Assembly (NCBI RefSeq): GCF_004010195.1
Contig: NC_057759.1
Location: 1,159,212 to 1,223,211, forward strand
Direction of reading: 5' to 3'
Length of the DNA stretch: 64,000 nt
From: Chiloscyllium plagiosum
Lineage: Eukaryota
Below the pieces are notes generated by a model. That model was not told the DNA's origin, searched no databases, and saw only the letters and a list, made by a program, of their open reading frames with translations. Shown here one piece after another: positions 1 to 13,100 of the stretch. The translations under genes were made by a program, and so were the position numbers. Each line of letters opens with the position of its first letter. Position 1 is the stretch's first letter.

Positions 1-1300
1 TCATTGATACAGTTGTCTTTCTTGACTTCCCTTGTTCTAACTTTCCCTTCAATTGCCTTCTTAAACATCCAGTTTGTCCCCTCCCCCCTGCTACTTAGTT
101 TAAAAGCAGCTGTGTTGCAGTAGCAAACCTGCCTGCCAGAATGCTGGTCCTCAACCTATTAAAGTGCAAACTGTCTCTCTTGTACAATTTATGCTTACCA
201 CAAAACAGACCCCAGTGATCCAAGAATTTAAATCCTTGCTTCCTGAACCAGTTCCCCAGCCACATGTTCAAGTCCATTATCTCCCTGTTTCTGGCCTCAC
301 CAGCCCGGGGAACTGGGAGCAAACCGGAGATAACCACCCTGGACGTCCTGCTTTTCAGCCTTCTTCCTAGTTCTCTGAAGTCCCACTGTCGTATGTTCCT
401 CCTCTTCTCCCCGACATCATTTGTGCTGACATGTACCACCACCTCTGGCTCTTCACCTTCGTCCTTGAGGATTTCCTGCACTCTGCCTGTGATGTCGTTA
501 ACCCTGGCACCAGGAAGGCAACACACCATCCTTAAGTCCCGTTGCTGCCACAACAACCCCGGTCAGTTCCTCTCACTATGGTGTCCCCTATTACCACGGC
601 TCTGTGCGATGCCCGACTCTTCCGCTTGGCCTCCATGACAACTTTTGATTGACAGACCTGGCAACCTCGCAGACTGGCAGTGTCATCTGTCTCTACTGTT
701 TCCAAAAGATTCAATTTGTTCCTGACAGGTACTTCCCCCGGGGTCTCTTGCACCTGTCTCCTGTCTGCCTTCCTCATCGTCTGCTCTCTTCTGGTATTGT
801 CAGTGTAATAACCTCGCTGAAGGTCTTGTCCAGAAAGATCTCGTTCTCTCGGATGACCCTAAGGCCCTCGAGTTCTTTAATCAGTACTGCAATATGCTCT
901 CTCAGTAGCTGAACGTGCACACACTTTCCACACTTATACGAGCCAGACACACCAGAGTTGTTGACCTCCCACATCAAGCACGTAGCACACTGAACCAGTT
1001 TGGCAGTCACGTCTTCACCCTCTTCAACTGTGGCGTAATTACTTCACTCAACCTCCTTGTCAAAGATTCCTGAGCTAAAGCCTCACTCTTCACTCCACAG
1101 GACCTTCCTTGGACCCTCTTTTTGAGGCAAGTCTGTGGACTTTTAATTTAGGTTAGAGAAAGAAGGTGGGAGGGAGGCCCTACTTTGTCGGACCTGGTGT
1201 CTAGAACACACCCATTCAAATAACAATCGCCTTACCTTCCCGACCGGCTTGGCGCTCCAACTTCACTTCTGCCCAGCACCCGCCATTTCTGCTGCAAAAA
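1..1300 (-). mobile_element. CR1-clade LINE 5' part: degenerate ORF1 (Cys-rich zinc finger/leucine zipper + SGNH esterase domain)
   Basis: ORF pieces 774..1010 (CATC...CGKC then heptad-like helix), 532..777 (VVIGDTIVRG, GDS-like block I) and 95..556 (VCCLPGARV, VVVHVSTND, FLDHW, DSLH) match the CR1 ORF1 esterase architecture; broken by frameshifts; 5' boundary approximate. Confidence 0.85.
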
Positions 1301-2459
1301 GAGTATGATCACCAGGATGAACCAAGAGAGGCTTATAGGTCGGAGTCCACAAGGGATTCCCTAGGCTGTCTCAAATCTGTACTTTAACAATATGAATAGG
1401 AAGGGTTTAGAGAGAGATGGCCTAAGAGCTGCCAAATGGGACTAGATTAGGTTAGGATATCTGGTCGGCATGGACAAGTTGGACCCAAGGGTCTGTTTCC
1501 ATGCTACATGTCTCTACGACTCGATGACACTTTAGTAACTCTTGCCCTGTCGGTGAGCACAGTTTCCTTCCATCTTAACCCTCCTTCACGATGGTTGTTG
1601 AAATGATGCAACAATGTGGCCTAGTTGGTTATCTTCATTGTAACTTTGAAAATGCTCTTAATAACTGCAGATTTTAATGCTGTCCCTGAATGTCTATTTT
1701 GGATGAGGATTCAGTTTCTCTCTCTCCAACTCTGGTGTGTAAACGCCAATGGGCCACATACCTGCTGTTTGTTAGAGGCAGCTGGTTACTCTGTGCTTTG
1801 AACTGAGGAAGTATTACAGTGTCATAGTCCCTCAGGTGTTTATCTGGAGGAAGACACAGGGACACCATCTGTAACTCAACATGAGGCTAGTCTGACAATA
1901 TTGAACTGATCAATGTCACATTCATTGTATATTAATTAGAATGTGTGTGTTTTTTTTATTTAAAACCAACAACTAAACCAGAACCACGGATCTGATTCCA
2001 TTGTTGCCCTGAGCTGCTCTCTGTCTGGGGATTGTTTGCTTTTTATGTGATTCTATACCAGTTGATTTGGAATGCTGGGGTTGGACTGAGATGCACGATG
2101 TTACACATCAAGTGCTTCCAAAAAAAACTGTTGGGATTGTAACCTGGTATTGTGCGATTTTTAACTTGATATCAGTTGAGTGAGATCCATCCAGAAACTG
2201 AGCAACAAATGCGCAGCACCATGAATGGGAGTACTTGACCACCAGGATGCTTACACAGTTCAACATCCAACTCCCCAACTACCTGTTAGAAATAGGAAAA
2301 ACGGCACTATTTCTAATGTTTTTACCAAGACCCCAGTGTATGTCCTTTTACAAAAGTATCACATTCTTACAGTTGGTCCACACTACCTCAAGAAAGAGCG
2401 GGAAACAGAATGAAATTAAAACAGGATTCAGAGGATTGTAAACCACAGCAGCATCTTCC

Positions 2460-3010
2460 CCCTCTGCCTCCCTCAGCAGGCCCACACACAGCCCGAGAAA
2501 GGCCTCTCTCTTCCCCCCAGCCCGCTCACTCCAAGTTCCGGGACCAGTTCCTGCTCCGCTCGGCCTCTTACAAACAGCCCCCGGTTCTCCCTGAACTCAC
2601 CCCGAATCAATCCCGGTCTCGGAGCCCCCTATGTGTCCCAGGCTCCCATCCCGATGTGCTGCTGGAAGGAGCCTGCTGTTCCCTCGCTTCCCTGGGCGCT
2701 GATCTCTCCATTGCGGTCTGTTTCAAACAAACCTCTTGCACTCACTGAGTCAATGCTCCTCAATGGCAGCGCTGGGGGAGGGCCTCACGCATGCGCTCCT
2801 CTCGCCAGGAACAGAGCTGAAAATGTGTTGCTGGAAAAGCGCAGGTCAGGCAGCATCCAAGGAACAGGAGAATCGACGTTTCGGGCATAAGCCCTTCTTC
2901 AGCAACACATTTTCAGCTCTGATCTCCAGCATCTGCAGTCCTCACTTTGTCTTCTCGCCAGGAACAATCAGCATTGGAGGAGGGACTGTATCACGCATGT
3001 GCCGCTTTTC
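2460..3010 (-). promoter_or_regulatory. Candidate GC/CpG-rich promoter / first exon
   Basis: Local CpG enrichment; NRF1-like CACGCATGCGC at 2786..2796 and a similar motif near 2992; consensus donor GTGAGT on minus at 2595..2600; no recognisable protein. Confidence 0.35.
2814..2952. mobile_element. Short fold-back Penelope-like (PLE) terminal fragment with hammerhead core, 14-bp TSD
   Basis: Arms cagagctgaaaatgtgttgctg / cagcaacacattttcagctctg are inverted; flanked by direct repeat tctcgccaggaaca (2800..2813, 2953..2966); minus-strand CTGAAGA-A-GGGC-TTAT-GCCC-GAAA-CGTC at 2875..2902. Confidence 0.75.
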
Positions 3011-3619
3011 CCAAAAATTCCCAGAAACAAACATCAATTGGTCATTTTCCCAATTCCCTTTTCTCTCAGTTTGACCAAAGGAACTGGGACTGTGGGGGAA
3101 AGGGCAGAGAAGGTTTCAAGCTGGGACATTGTCCCTTTATGAAGCTCTATTGAGCTCATCCCCGGGTCATGTTAATAACTCCTCCCTCCGGCTCTCTCAC
3201 AATCTGATCAGGGAGCGGAGAAGCTGGCGGCCATTCAGCCCATCCTCTGTGCTTCCCATTCAATAACATCACGTCTGATCTTATGTTAACTATAGTATTT
3301 AATCCTGCTGACCCTCATCCACAAATATTAATTCCTTTAATAAAGTAACATAACTGGAAAATAGTAACACAAATGAAATAAGTGGATCACTCTTACTAAG
3401 GCAGAATGTAACTGTTGGAGAGAGTCTTGCATCACAGTGTTAGTCCCTGTTTCTGGTTCAGGAGGCGTGTGCAAAAATCAGACCTGGAGCAGGGGTGTGC
3501 AATAACGTCTCTGGGCCTCGATTGAGTGTATAGCGGACAACAGATGTTCGTGTCAGGTATGCTGCAGACAGAAACCTTGTGATGTATTGTATGCCACAAC
3601 GAGAGACCCCAGGTGTTTC

Positions 3620-3870
3620 TGTTTATTCACTCTGGGGACGTGCACGTCGCTGGCTGAGCTTCGCATTTATTCCCCTTTGAGCAGGCGGTGGTGAGCCACC
3701 TTCTGGAACAGCTTTTGTCCATGTGCTGCCTACAATGCCATGAACAGGGAATTCCAGGGTCTGGATCAAGCGGCAGTGAAGGAAAGAGGATATATTTCCA
3801 AGTTATTATGGTGTGTGGCTCAGAGAGAAACTTGCCCTCTGTCAAGCTGATGTCTCCCTCCATCAACTGC
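3620..3870 (-). mobile_element. Non-LTR retrotransposon 3' fragment (family repeated at ~23.2-23.7, 27.7-28.3, 31.0-31.3, 46.1-46.6, 51.8-52.2 kb)
   Basis: Shared motifs gggaattccagg...atatatttccaagt and agcatttatt...ccc across these positions. Confidence 0.55.
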
Positions 3871-4059
3871 ATTTAACATTTCTGATGGAGGTTGCCCTGA
3901 GTTTGGAAAGTTTTACAAATTATTACTTTTGTAAACTTAACAAAACTTTAGGGTTCTGAGAGAAAATACTTGATCCCAAGAATAGGCATACAAATTGGGA
4001 AGAAAATAAACAGACAAACATAAAGCCTGGGAACAATTTAGAATTCAAGGTAGAGGAGA

Positions 4060-4555
4060 TGACCTGAGGGTTGCAGTGAGAGAGAAAATCGCTGAGATCT
4101 TTGTAGAGAGAGGAGGAGGAGAACTTCTTCAAGGTAGCATCCTTACAAGAGGATTCACAGTAAGCTTAGAATCAACTTCGTGGACTTCACCAGTTTTCAC
4201 ACTTCCCCTCCCCCCACCTTCCACCAGTTCCAACCTGCCAGCTCAGCAGCATCCTCATGACCTGTCCTACCTGCCAATCTTCCTTCACATCTATCTGCTC
4301 CACCCTCCTCTCTGACTTATCACCTTCATCCCCACCTCCATCCAACTATTACACTCTTAGCTACCTTTTCCCCAGCCCCACCCCGCTCTCATTTATCTCT
4401 CCACCATGGAGGCTCCCAGCCTCATTCCTGATGAAAGGCTTTTGCTCGAAACATCGATTTTACTGCTCTCCAGATGCTGTCTGACCTGCTGTGCTACTCC
4501 AGCACCACTCTAATCTTGACTTTGATCTCCACCATATGCAGTCCTCACTTGCGCC
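4060..4555 (+). mobile_element. Penelope-like element 3' fragment with degenerate hammerhead core
   Basis: ttcCTGATGAaaggcttttgctcGAAAcatcg at ~4424..4458, followed by the same terminal sequence (ctgacctgctgtg...gatctcca...gcagtcctcactt) as the 2814 and 63040 elements. Confidence 0.65.
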
Positions 4556-4559
4556 ACAA

Positions 4560-7500
4560 TTTAGAATTCAGCAAACGATGAGATAAAGGGCATTGATTAA
4601 GAAAGAGAAAATGAGGACTGGAGTAAGCTTGCAGATATTTTGAAAAAGAAACTAACTGTTAAAGTATTGATAAATGTGTAAAGGAGAAATGGAAGAAAAC
4701 ATGGGTTGGTGAACACAAAGATAGGTCTCTTAGGGCGCAAAGATGGCTATCCATCCAAATATGTAACTATTGTTCACTGATCACAAAGGACGACACAAAT
4801 GATGCACCAGGAATGTTGGGAAACACAGAGTTCAGTGAAAGGGAAAAACTGAAACAAATCAGTATTGTTTGGAAAATTGTGTTGGGACAATGGAAAAGAT
4901 TGAAGCTGGGAAACAGCAGAGCCTGGTCATCCACATCCCAGAGTCCTTAACATAGTGGTCACAGAAATAGTGAATGGTCATATTCCAAGATTCCATAGAC
5001 ATTGTAATATTTTCCAGATTGTGAATTAGCTAATGTAACCAATCTATTTGAAAAGCAAGTTAGAGATAATCTGGGAATTATATGACACTCAGCCTGCAGG
5101 GAAAAAAAATTGGGACCAAACAAAGTCAGCATGGATTCGAAATGCCTGTTCCTGTGTCATAATGTTCTATGTTCTCAGCTTGGCAAATCTACTGGAGTAG
5201 AGATGATAAGCAGATGGCATCATTTGGATGTTTCTTTTGACAAAATCTCACGTAAAATAAAATAAAGAACATGGTGTTGAGATGGATTTTAAAAACTGGT
5301 TGGCTGAAAGAAAACACGTAGAGGGAATAAATGGATCATTTTTCAATGGCAGGCAGTGACTCTGAGTCATGGTTAGAATCCTACTCTTCACAATATAGTC
5401 ACAATGATTTAGAAGAGGAAACTAAATGTACCATCTCCAGATTGACAGATGACATAAAACTAGGTCGGATGGTGAGCTGTAAAAGAAAATGCATTGTGAT
5501 TGTGCTGAGGAGAAGTCAATGGGCAAAAGCAATGTAATGTGAATAAATGTAAGGTTTTTAGTAAAGACAGTCAGAGTTGATAAAAATAAACTGGAAAAGC
5601 ACAGCATCAGAGGAGCAACAAAATCAATGTTTTATTTGCAAGTACAAATAAATCATAAATTAGACATAGACAACTGGGGTGAAAAGCATCTTTTGAACAC
5701 TATGCAAATAGTAAGGGCATTCTTGAGGGAGATTAGAAAATCAAAGAGGGGGGTACCAGATAGTCTTGGCAGATAAATTTAAGCATAATTCAATGAGATT
5801 CTACAAGATTATTCAAAACAAGTTAACAATGAGGGAGAGAACGAGAGTAAGGCACCTTAAAGATCAAAGAGGTAGTTGTTGTTGTCAGAGCGTTTTCCCC
5901 TGAAAGGGAATGCAAACACAGCAGACAGGCAGAACTCAGTTAAAGCAGGGGCAAAGGATTCTCTCCAGAGGCCAGCCCTGAAAGGGAGATTATGACACAC
6001 TCAAATTATAACAAAGCAGTATTTTTAAAAATTTGCTTTTAACATTCGCATACAACTTGATCACTTTGATCCTCCCTCATACTTCGTAAACCCAATTCTA
6101 TAAGACACCGAATCAATGACAGGCATTCCTTTAACAGGCCTCAGCTTCCCATGACCTAATGGCATTGAACAGACACTAAAATCACTCATCCTTGGATCTT
6201 TCTATGCATCCTCCTCTTTCACATTCCAAAGATAATTGCTAGACTCCTTCAGGCCTCTCAGGCTGGCTTTGTCTGAGAGTCAGGTTGATTCATTGTATCT
6301 CATGTGCTTTCTTTATGAAATTCTGTTTTTCCTCTTATATTTCCCATTGTCCTAATTATGTGTTAAAAATACCAAAGACATTTAGTTTTAACTAGTTGCT
6401 ATAAGATTTGTAAGAATGCTTTCTGTTCTGGTTAGTTAGGCTTAGGTTGTTTTCAAAGACTTCCAGCGTAGATACATGGAACCAAAACATTTTTGCCTAT
6501 GTGTGAAAGTTAGTAATTGTTCAGAAGTACCCTGATTTGCCAAGAACAAAATAGATTACTCACAGCCATTCATGACAATGTACTGAGGGTAGACATTTGT
6601 CAGCCATTTTGTGGGAGCAGACATGGGCCATTTTGTTACCAGCAGATCCAGTTCACCTCTGCAGTTCTGTTTGAATTTCAGAAGATGTGAGGCATAAAAT
6701 GAATTTTCACATTAGTTTTTACTAGGAAGCAGGCAAACTCAGGAAAATAAATATTGATGTTTTGAAGAGAGTTCACATTACAGAAGAGGAAATGCTGGAG
6801 GTCTTTGAAAACAAAGTTGAATAATCTCAGAGACCTGATCGAGTGTATCCCAGGACATTGTGGGAAGTTGAGGAGGATATTGTGGTGCCCCTTGCAGAAA
6901 TATTTGTATCATCTGTAACTATGGTGAGATGCTGGATGATCGGATATTGGGTAATATTTTGCCGTTATTTTAAGAAGGGATGTAAGGAGAAGCCTGGGAA
7001 GTATAGACCTGTGAGTCTGACTTGTGTCATGGGTATATTGTTGGAGGTGATTCTGAAAGATAGGATTCAAACGTACAGTTTGGGGAAGAGTGGTAGGAGA
7101 GGGCAAGGAATAATTAGGAATTGTCAGGATTGTTTTGTAGAAGGAAATTATATTTCCCAAAGTTGATTGAGATTTTTGAGGGAGTATCCAAGAAGATTGA
7201 GGGCTCGTTGGTAAACATTATTGACTTGAAGTTTGGTAAAACCTTTTACAAGTTTCTGCATGGTAGACTAAATAGCAAGGTTAGATTACATGGGATTCAG
7301 GTTGAGCATGCCATTTGAATATACAATTGGCATAACAGCAGGAGATGGAGAGGAGGTGGACAGTTGCTTATTAGACTGGATGCAAGTTACCAATGATGTT
7401 CCACCCCAATCAGTGCTGGGTCCACTTTTGTTTGTTTTTTATGTAAATGATTTAGATGAGAGGTTTGATAAGTAATTTTGCAGATGTCATCAAAATTGGT

Positions 7501-8340
7501 GGTTATAGTGGACAGTGAAGGGTATCTCAGATTAGAAACAAAGTTTGATTAAATCAGTCAATGGTGTGAGGAATGGCAGATGGAGTTATAGAGGCATTGT
7601 ATATTTATAAAACAAACAAGGGTAGGACTTATACAATTACAAGAAGGGCCTTGGGTAGTGCTGTTGAACAGAGAGACCTAGTTGGCCAGCTGCATATTTT
7701 TGAAGTTTGCTTCACATGTAGACAAGGTGGTGAAGAAAACATCTAGCATGCTTGCCTTCATTGCTCAGACCTTGGAGTACAGGAGTTGGAAGGGTGCATT
7801 GAGGTTGCATAGGATGTTGATGAGTCCTAATCTGGATTACTGTATCACGTTCTGGTGACCCTGTTATCATAAGTATGCTATTGAGCTGGAAAGGGTTCAG
7901 TGAAGATTTACTAGGATGTTGATGGGAATGGAAGATTCTGTTGTAAGAATAGGCTAGGACTTCTGTTCTCTGGAGCCTCAGATCTTGATGGGTGATAGAG
8001 TTTTGACAACCATGAGAGTTAAAGGTTGGGGGAATGGTAGGTATCTTTTTCTATGGTAAGAGACTTCAAGACTATGAGACACATTTTTCAGGTAAAAGGA
8101 AAAAGATTTTAAGTTTTTTTTTTAAAACAGTATAGATTGTGTGGCATTAACTTCGAAAGGGGGTGATGCATATGGACACAGTCACAACATTGAAAAGGCA
8201 TTTAGATAAGTATATCATTGTTAAGATTTTGGAGGGTCATAGGCCAAGAACAGGCAGGTAGGACTTGACTAGTTTGAGATTATATTGGGTATGGACTGGT
8301 TGGACAGAAGGATCTGTTTCTGTGCTTTTTGACTGACCCT
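4560..8340 (+). mobile_element. Old, fragmented CR1-clade LINE ORF2 (RT) remnants, at least two elements with interruptions
   Basis: Translations YPRTLWEV, KPGKYRPVSLT, LIEIFE, VLGPLLFVFYVNDLD, TDDIKLG; many stops and frameshifts. Confidence 0.75.
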
Positions 8341-8514
8341 TGCAGTGAGGCAACTGTCCTGGTTTGATCTCAGTTCATTTTGAAAGCTTCTAAACGACAG
8401 CAGAAAGTCTCATTCAGAGCACTGTGCAATCAAGCAACAGCATCGGTGTATGGAAATTTAACTGTAAAATGAATCTATCCAAAGATAGGGCACTTCTGTT
8501 TGGCAGAGATGGGT

Positions 8515-8640
8515 ATTGCAGATGCTGGAGATTAGAGTGGTGCTTCAAAAGTACAGCAGTTCAGGCAGCATACGAGAAGCAGGAAAATCGATATTTTGGG
8601 CAAAAGCCTTTCCTGCTGCGCTTTTCCAGCACCATTCTAA
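8515..8640. mobile_element. Fold-back PLE terminal fragment (partly deleted version of 63036..63215)
   Basis: gcagatgctggagattagagtggtgc...gggcaaaagcc...ttttccagcaccattctaat. Confidence 0.6.
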
Positions 8641-8676
8641 TGTTGACTCACTTCTTCTGTTTGCCAGAGATGAAAA

Positions 8677-8850
8677 TCAGGGTCATACCCCCCAGGGACG
8701 GGTAGCTCCCGAACTGGTCCAGTATGAAACAGCAACTTGACCAACTCGAAGCAGCTGAAAAATGACTGTTGCCTCCCTGTCTACGGCCAGGGAAAGGACC
8801 CTACACAGGAACTCATCCGAGAATAAAACACCGAGGGTCAGCGACCACTT
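8677..8850 (-). other. Histone-downstream shared element, copy after H2A
   Basis: Shares exact CAGCTGAAAAATGACT (8752..8767) and collinear motifs with 10449..10635, 61416..61592 and 62840..62999. Confidence 0.7.
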
Positions 8851-9206
8851 ACGCGCGGCACTGGAGCAATTCAGCTCTTCCCAAATGCTGTTCAAGATAA
8901 CGTGAAACTGCCTGTGAGCAAGGAGTACAGGGTGATTCATTTATACGATGATAATTATAAGACACGGGACCACAGACATCGACAAGCAATAAAAATAATA
9001 TACTCCGAGCACTGTTAAGATTGTATTGTATCAATATTACATGATAAACGTTTCACGTTCAATGTGCTACGGATCAAACGGTAAACGGCCATGAGGAAAG
9101 GTTTCATATCAGATCACACACAATGACAGTACAGTATCGAATAAGGCAGGGACTGAAACCGATATCAATTAAAGGGAGGTAATTCAATCCGACAGACGGG
9201 AGTGTT

Positions 9207-9256
9207 CAGCTCCTTTCACAGATGCTGTGAGTGGCTCTTAAAAGAGCCTTTGGGTT
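9207..9256 (-). terminator. Histone 3' stem-loop and histone downstream element (U7 site) of H2A
   Basis: AACCCAAA-GGCTCTTTTAAGAGCC-AC (hairpin 9233..9248); purine-rich AAAGGAGCTG at 9207..9216. Confidence 0.95.
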
Positions 9257-9278
9257 GACAGATTCAAGAATACTCTCT

Positions 9279-9840
<562 letters not shown>

Positions 9841-10448
9841 GAGAGGGCACGGGGAGGAAGGCGGAAAGTACTGGCGCCAAATCATCAACCACATTTTTAC
9901 AACTTGAAAAGCCCGCCAACATGTACCGAAAAGTAGAGTTTAAACACACAAGAATACACGAATAATAGATTTAATTTACTTCTACGTTAAAAGTGTACCC
10001 TTTACCTCGCCTCCTGGAATCTTCCCATTTCTGATCCTGAATGGAATCTTCTGAACATTAAACACAAGCGGAAACAAAAAAGGCGCCAAACCCTGCACTC
10101 TGCAACTAATCATTTATTTCACATTTCAACAGCACCCCGGTATACTGATAAAACATGATTGCGTTCTCCCGAGTCAGTGCATTAATAGTGAACACGATCG
10201 TTCGAGAATATTTTTAAGTTTCCTTCCCTATTGCACACGATCATAGATCGATAAAAACTCCACATTTACTCTGCCACTTCAGCAGCTGTTCTAGTTTTGT
10301 TTCGGTGCATTTTGCCCGGCGCTGCAACCTGACAATACCAGTGCGGAGATTTGGAAATGAAAAGTAAACAAAGTAAAATCGCACTCCAAGGGAACCTGTT
10401 TATTTTGCTAGTCGGTACTCGGGGCACTTCGTTTTCTGGGGGTGAAAC

Positions 10449-10635
10449 TCAGGGTTCGTGCCCCATCGGGGCTAGTAACTCCTGAAGTGATCGAATAACA
10501 GAGGAACACGGACACATAAAATCAGCTGAAAAATGACTCAGTGGCGTTTATGATGATCTCTCTCCCCAGGCAGGGACCACAGGATATACATGATCACATC
10601 TGAGAGTAAGGCGCGCACCGGGTCAGCTGTCACTT
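10449..10635 (-). other. Histone-downstream shared element, copy after H2B
   Basis: CAGCTGAAAAATGACT at 10523..10538 plus collinear tcagggt..cccc..ctcc.gaa.tg and catc.gaga.taa..gggtcagc..cactt. Confidence 0.7.
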
Positions 10636-10701
10636 TATAGAACATTTACAACATACAAACCTCGCAGAGACATTAATGGTACAAACCCAGAAACATAATT
10701 G

Positions 10702-10752
10702 TCCAGCTATTTCAGAGAAATTGTAGGTGGCTCTTAAAAGAGCCTTTGGGTT
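10702..10752 (-). terminator. Histone 3' stem-loop and HDE of H2B
   Basis: GGCTCTTTTAAGAGCC at 10729..10744; GAAATAGCTG downstream. Confidence 0.93.
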
Positions 10753-10787
10753 GTGGATGTGTGTTTGTTTCAGTGCAATGCGGTCCC

Positions 10788-11165
10788 TCACTTGGAGCTG
10801 GTGTACTTGGTCACCGCCTTTGTGCCCTCCGACACGGCGTGCTTGGCCAGCTCCCCGGGCAGCAGCAGCCGCACGGCGGTCTGGATCTCCCGGGAGCTGA
10901 TGGTGCTGCGCTTGTTGTAATGGGCCAGGCGGGAAGCCTCCCCCGCGATGCGCTCGAAAATATCTTTGACGAACGAGTTCATGATGTTCATGGCCTTGGA
11001 GGAGATGCCGGTGTCGGGGTGAACCTGCTTCATCACTTTGTAGATGTAGATGGCGTAACTTTCTTTCCTGGACCGCCTCCTCTTCTTGCCGCCCTTCGCT
11101 GGCGCCCTCTTCACCGCTTTCTTCGCGCCCTTCTTGGCAACTTGACCCTTCTTTTCCTCAGCCAT
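10788..11165 (-). CDS. H2B: Replication-dependent histone H2B, 125 aa, divergent N-terminal tail
   Basis: [80 protein letters not shown]...[10 protein letters not shown]; CTATAA box at ~11221..11226. Confidence 0.97.
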   Translation of the reverse strand: MAEEKKGQVAKKGAKKAVKRAPAKGGKKRRRSRKESYAIYIYKVMKQVHPDTGISSKAMNIMNSFVKDIFERIAGEASRLAHYNKRSTISSREIQTAVRLLLPGELAKHAVSEGTKAVTKYTSSK

Positions 11166-11241
11166 AGCGCCGCTCACTCTCAGATACAGAATAAGGGAAA
11201 GCGGACTCGGAGCTCGCACGTTATAGACTGACGGCGTCATC

Positions 11242-11741
11242 NNNNNNNNNNNNNNNNNNNNNNNNNNNNNNNNNNNNNNNNNNNNNNNNNNNNNNNNNNN
11301 NNNNNNNNNNNNNNNNNNNNNNNNNNNNNNNNNNNNNNNNNNNNNNNNNNNNNNNNNNNNNNNNNNNNNNNNNNNNNNNNNNNNNNNNNNNNNNNNNNNN
11401 NNNNNNNNNNNNNNNNNNNNNNNNNNNNNNNNNNNNNNNNNNNNNNNNNNNNNNNNNNNNNNNNNNNNNNNNNNNNNNNNNNNNNNNNNNNNNNNNNNNN
11501 NNNNNNNNNNNNNNNNNNNNNNNNNNNNNNNNNNNNNNNNNNNNNNNNNNNNNNNNNNNNNNNNNNNNNNNNNNNNNNNNNNNNNNNNNNNNNNNNNNNN
11601 NNNNNNNNNNNNNNNNNNNNNNNNNNNNNNNNNNNNNNNNNNNNNNNNNNNNNNNNNNNNNNNNNNNNNNNNNNNNNNNNNNNNNNNNNNNNNNNNNNNN
11701 NNNNNNNNNNNNNNNNNNNNNNNNNNNNNNNNNNNNNNNNN
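11242..11741. other. Assembly gap (500 N)
   Basis: Run of n. Confidence 1.
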
Positions 11742-12379
11742 GCAATTCCAAAATGTCCTTGAACCAATCGACTTGTTCAACCAGAGGCAGTGAAGTGTTT
11801 GCAAAGGGTTAGAAGTCAAGTGCAGAGCCAACCAAGGAGGGCAGATTTCATTCCCTGAAGAAAAGTCACAGACAGGAACAGGAGAAGGCTATTCGGCCCC
11901 TTGAGCCTGCTCAGCCATTCAATAGCATCTTGGCTGATGCACCATTCCTCACACTCACTTTCCTGCACTTAACATGTAACCCTCAATTCCCTGACTGATC
12001 AAGAATCTATCAATCCCAGCCTTAAACCTGCTCCCTGTCCCCACACACCGCTCTCTGTAGCAAGGAGTTCCAAAGACTCTCAAGCCTCAGAGAAGAAATT
12101 CCTCCTCACCTCAGTCTTCAATTTTGAACCAGATGGTTGTTTGTTCCTGACAACAGTCATCATTAGAGTCAACACTCCAGATCTGCTTTTGTTTAAAATC
12201 GCATTCCAAATCCACCACCTGCCAAAGCAAGATTCACATTCACAACTGCAGGGCATACCCTGGGGAGCTGAAAATATAGGATTTTGCTTCCCCATTATTT
12301 GCTTCCCCATAAAGTCAATCTCATCAAAACTGAGATCAGAATAAATTGCCCCACCATTGAGCTAAACATTGATGTCGAC

Positions 12380-12870
12380 AGAGTCCATACAGTGTGGAAA
12401 GAGACCATTCAGCCCATCCAGTCTGTCCCAAGCCAGTGAAGAGGATCCCACCCAGACCCTGACCCTACCCCCATAACCCTGCATTAACCATGGACATTCC
12501 CCCTAGCCTGCACATCATAGAATCCTGCAGCGCAGAAGCAGGCCTTCCAGCCCGTTGAGTCCACACCCTGACCCACTGAATAGCATCCGACCCAGACCCA
12601 CCACCTCTCCAATCCCTGTAACCTTGCGTTTACCATGACTATACCTTCTAGCCTTCATAACTCTCACACTATGGTCAACTTAGCAAGGTAAATCCATCTA
12701 AACTGCACATCTTTGGACTGTGGGAGGAAACCGGAACACCCGCAGAAAACCCACACAGAGAAGGGGAGAATGTGCAAACTCCCAACAGGCAATCACCCGA
12801 GGCTGGCATTGTTCCTGGGTCCCTGGCACTGTGAGGCAGCAATGCTAAGCACTGAGCCACTGTGCCACCC
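12380..12870 (-). mobile_element. Diverged HE1-like V-SINE with repeated tail segments
   Basis: tRNA-like head gggtggcacagtggctcagtgcttagcattgctgcctcacagtgccagggaccc and V-domain tttgcacattctcccc on minus. Confidence 0.75.
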
Positions 12871-12894
12871 AATGTTTTTGCCACTGGCCATGCA

Positions 12895-13100
12895 GGAGTT
12901 GGTTAGCTCAGTTGGTTTACAATGTATAGTCAGGCTGACAGCATGTGGTTCAATTTCTGCTCTGGTTGAGATTGCCGTGCGTGATCATTCCATGTCCTTG
13001 GATGTGGTGACCCTCAGGTTAAACCACAGTTGTTGCTTTTTCTCTCTTTGTCTCCCCACTCCTCTCTCTCTCTTTCGAATGAGACAATGGTGACTTTACA
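12895..13100 (+). mobile_element. tRNA-head SINE of a second family (copies also ~29550-29690, 43500-43640, 49852-50050)
   Basis: A-box-like ggttagctcagttgg, B-box-like ggttcaatt, shared cctcaggttaaacca core. Confidence 0.55.

Noticed and set aside
5884-5998. TGTCA...TGACA-bounded segment resembling a MITE
   Set aside because: Terminal inverted similarity is weak, and no TSD or second copy was found
10549-10604. ATGATGA...CTGA resembling a C/D-box snoRNA
   Set aside because: Boxes are not conserved in the paralogous copy at ~61440-61495 or in the H2A-side copies
11221-11831. Poly-X ORFs (also 15092..15345 and 25841..26782)
   Set aside because: Artefacts of translating N-gaps
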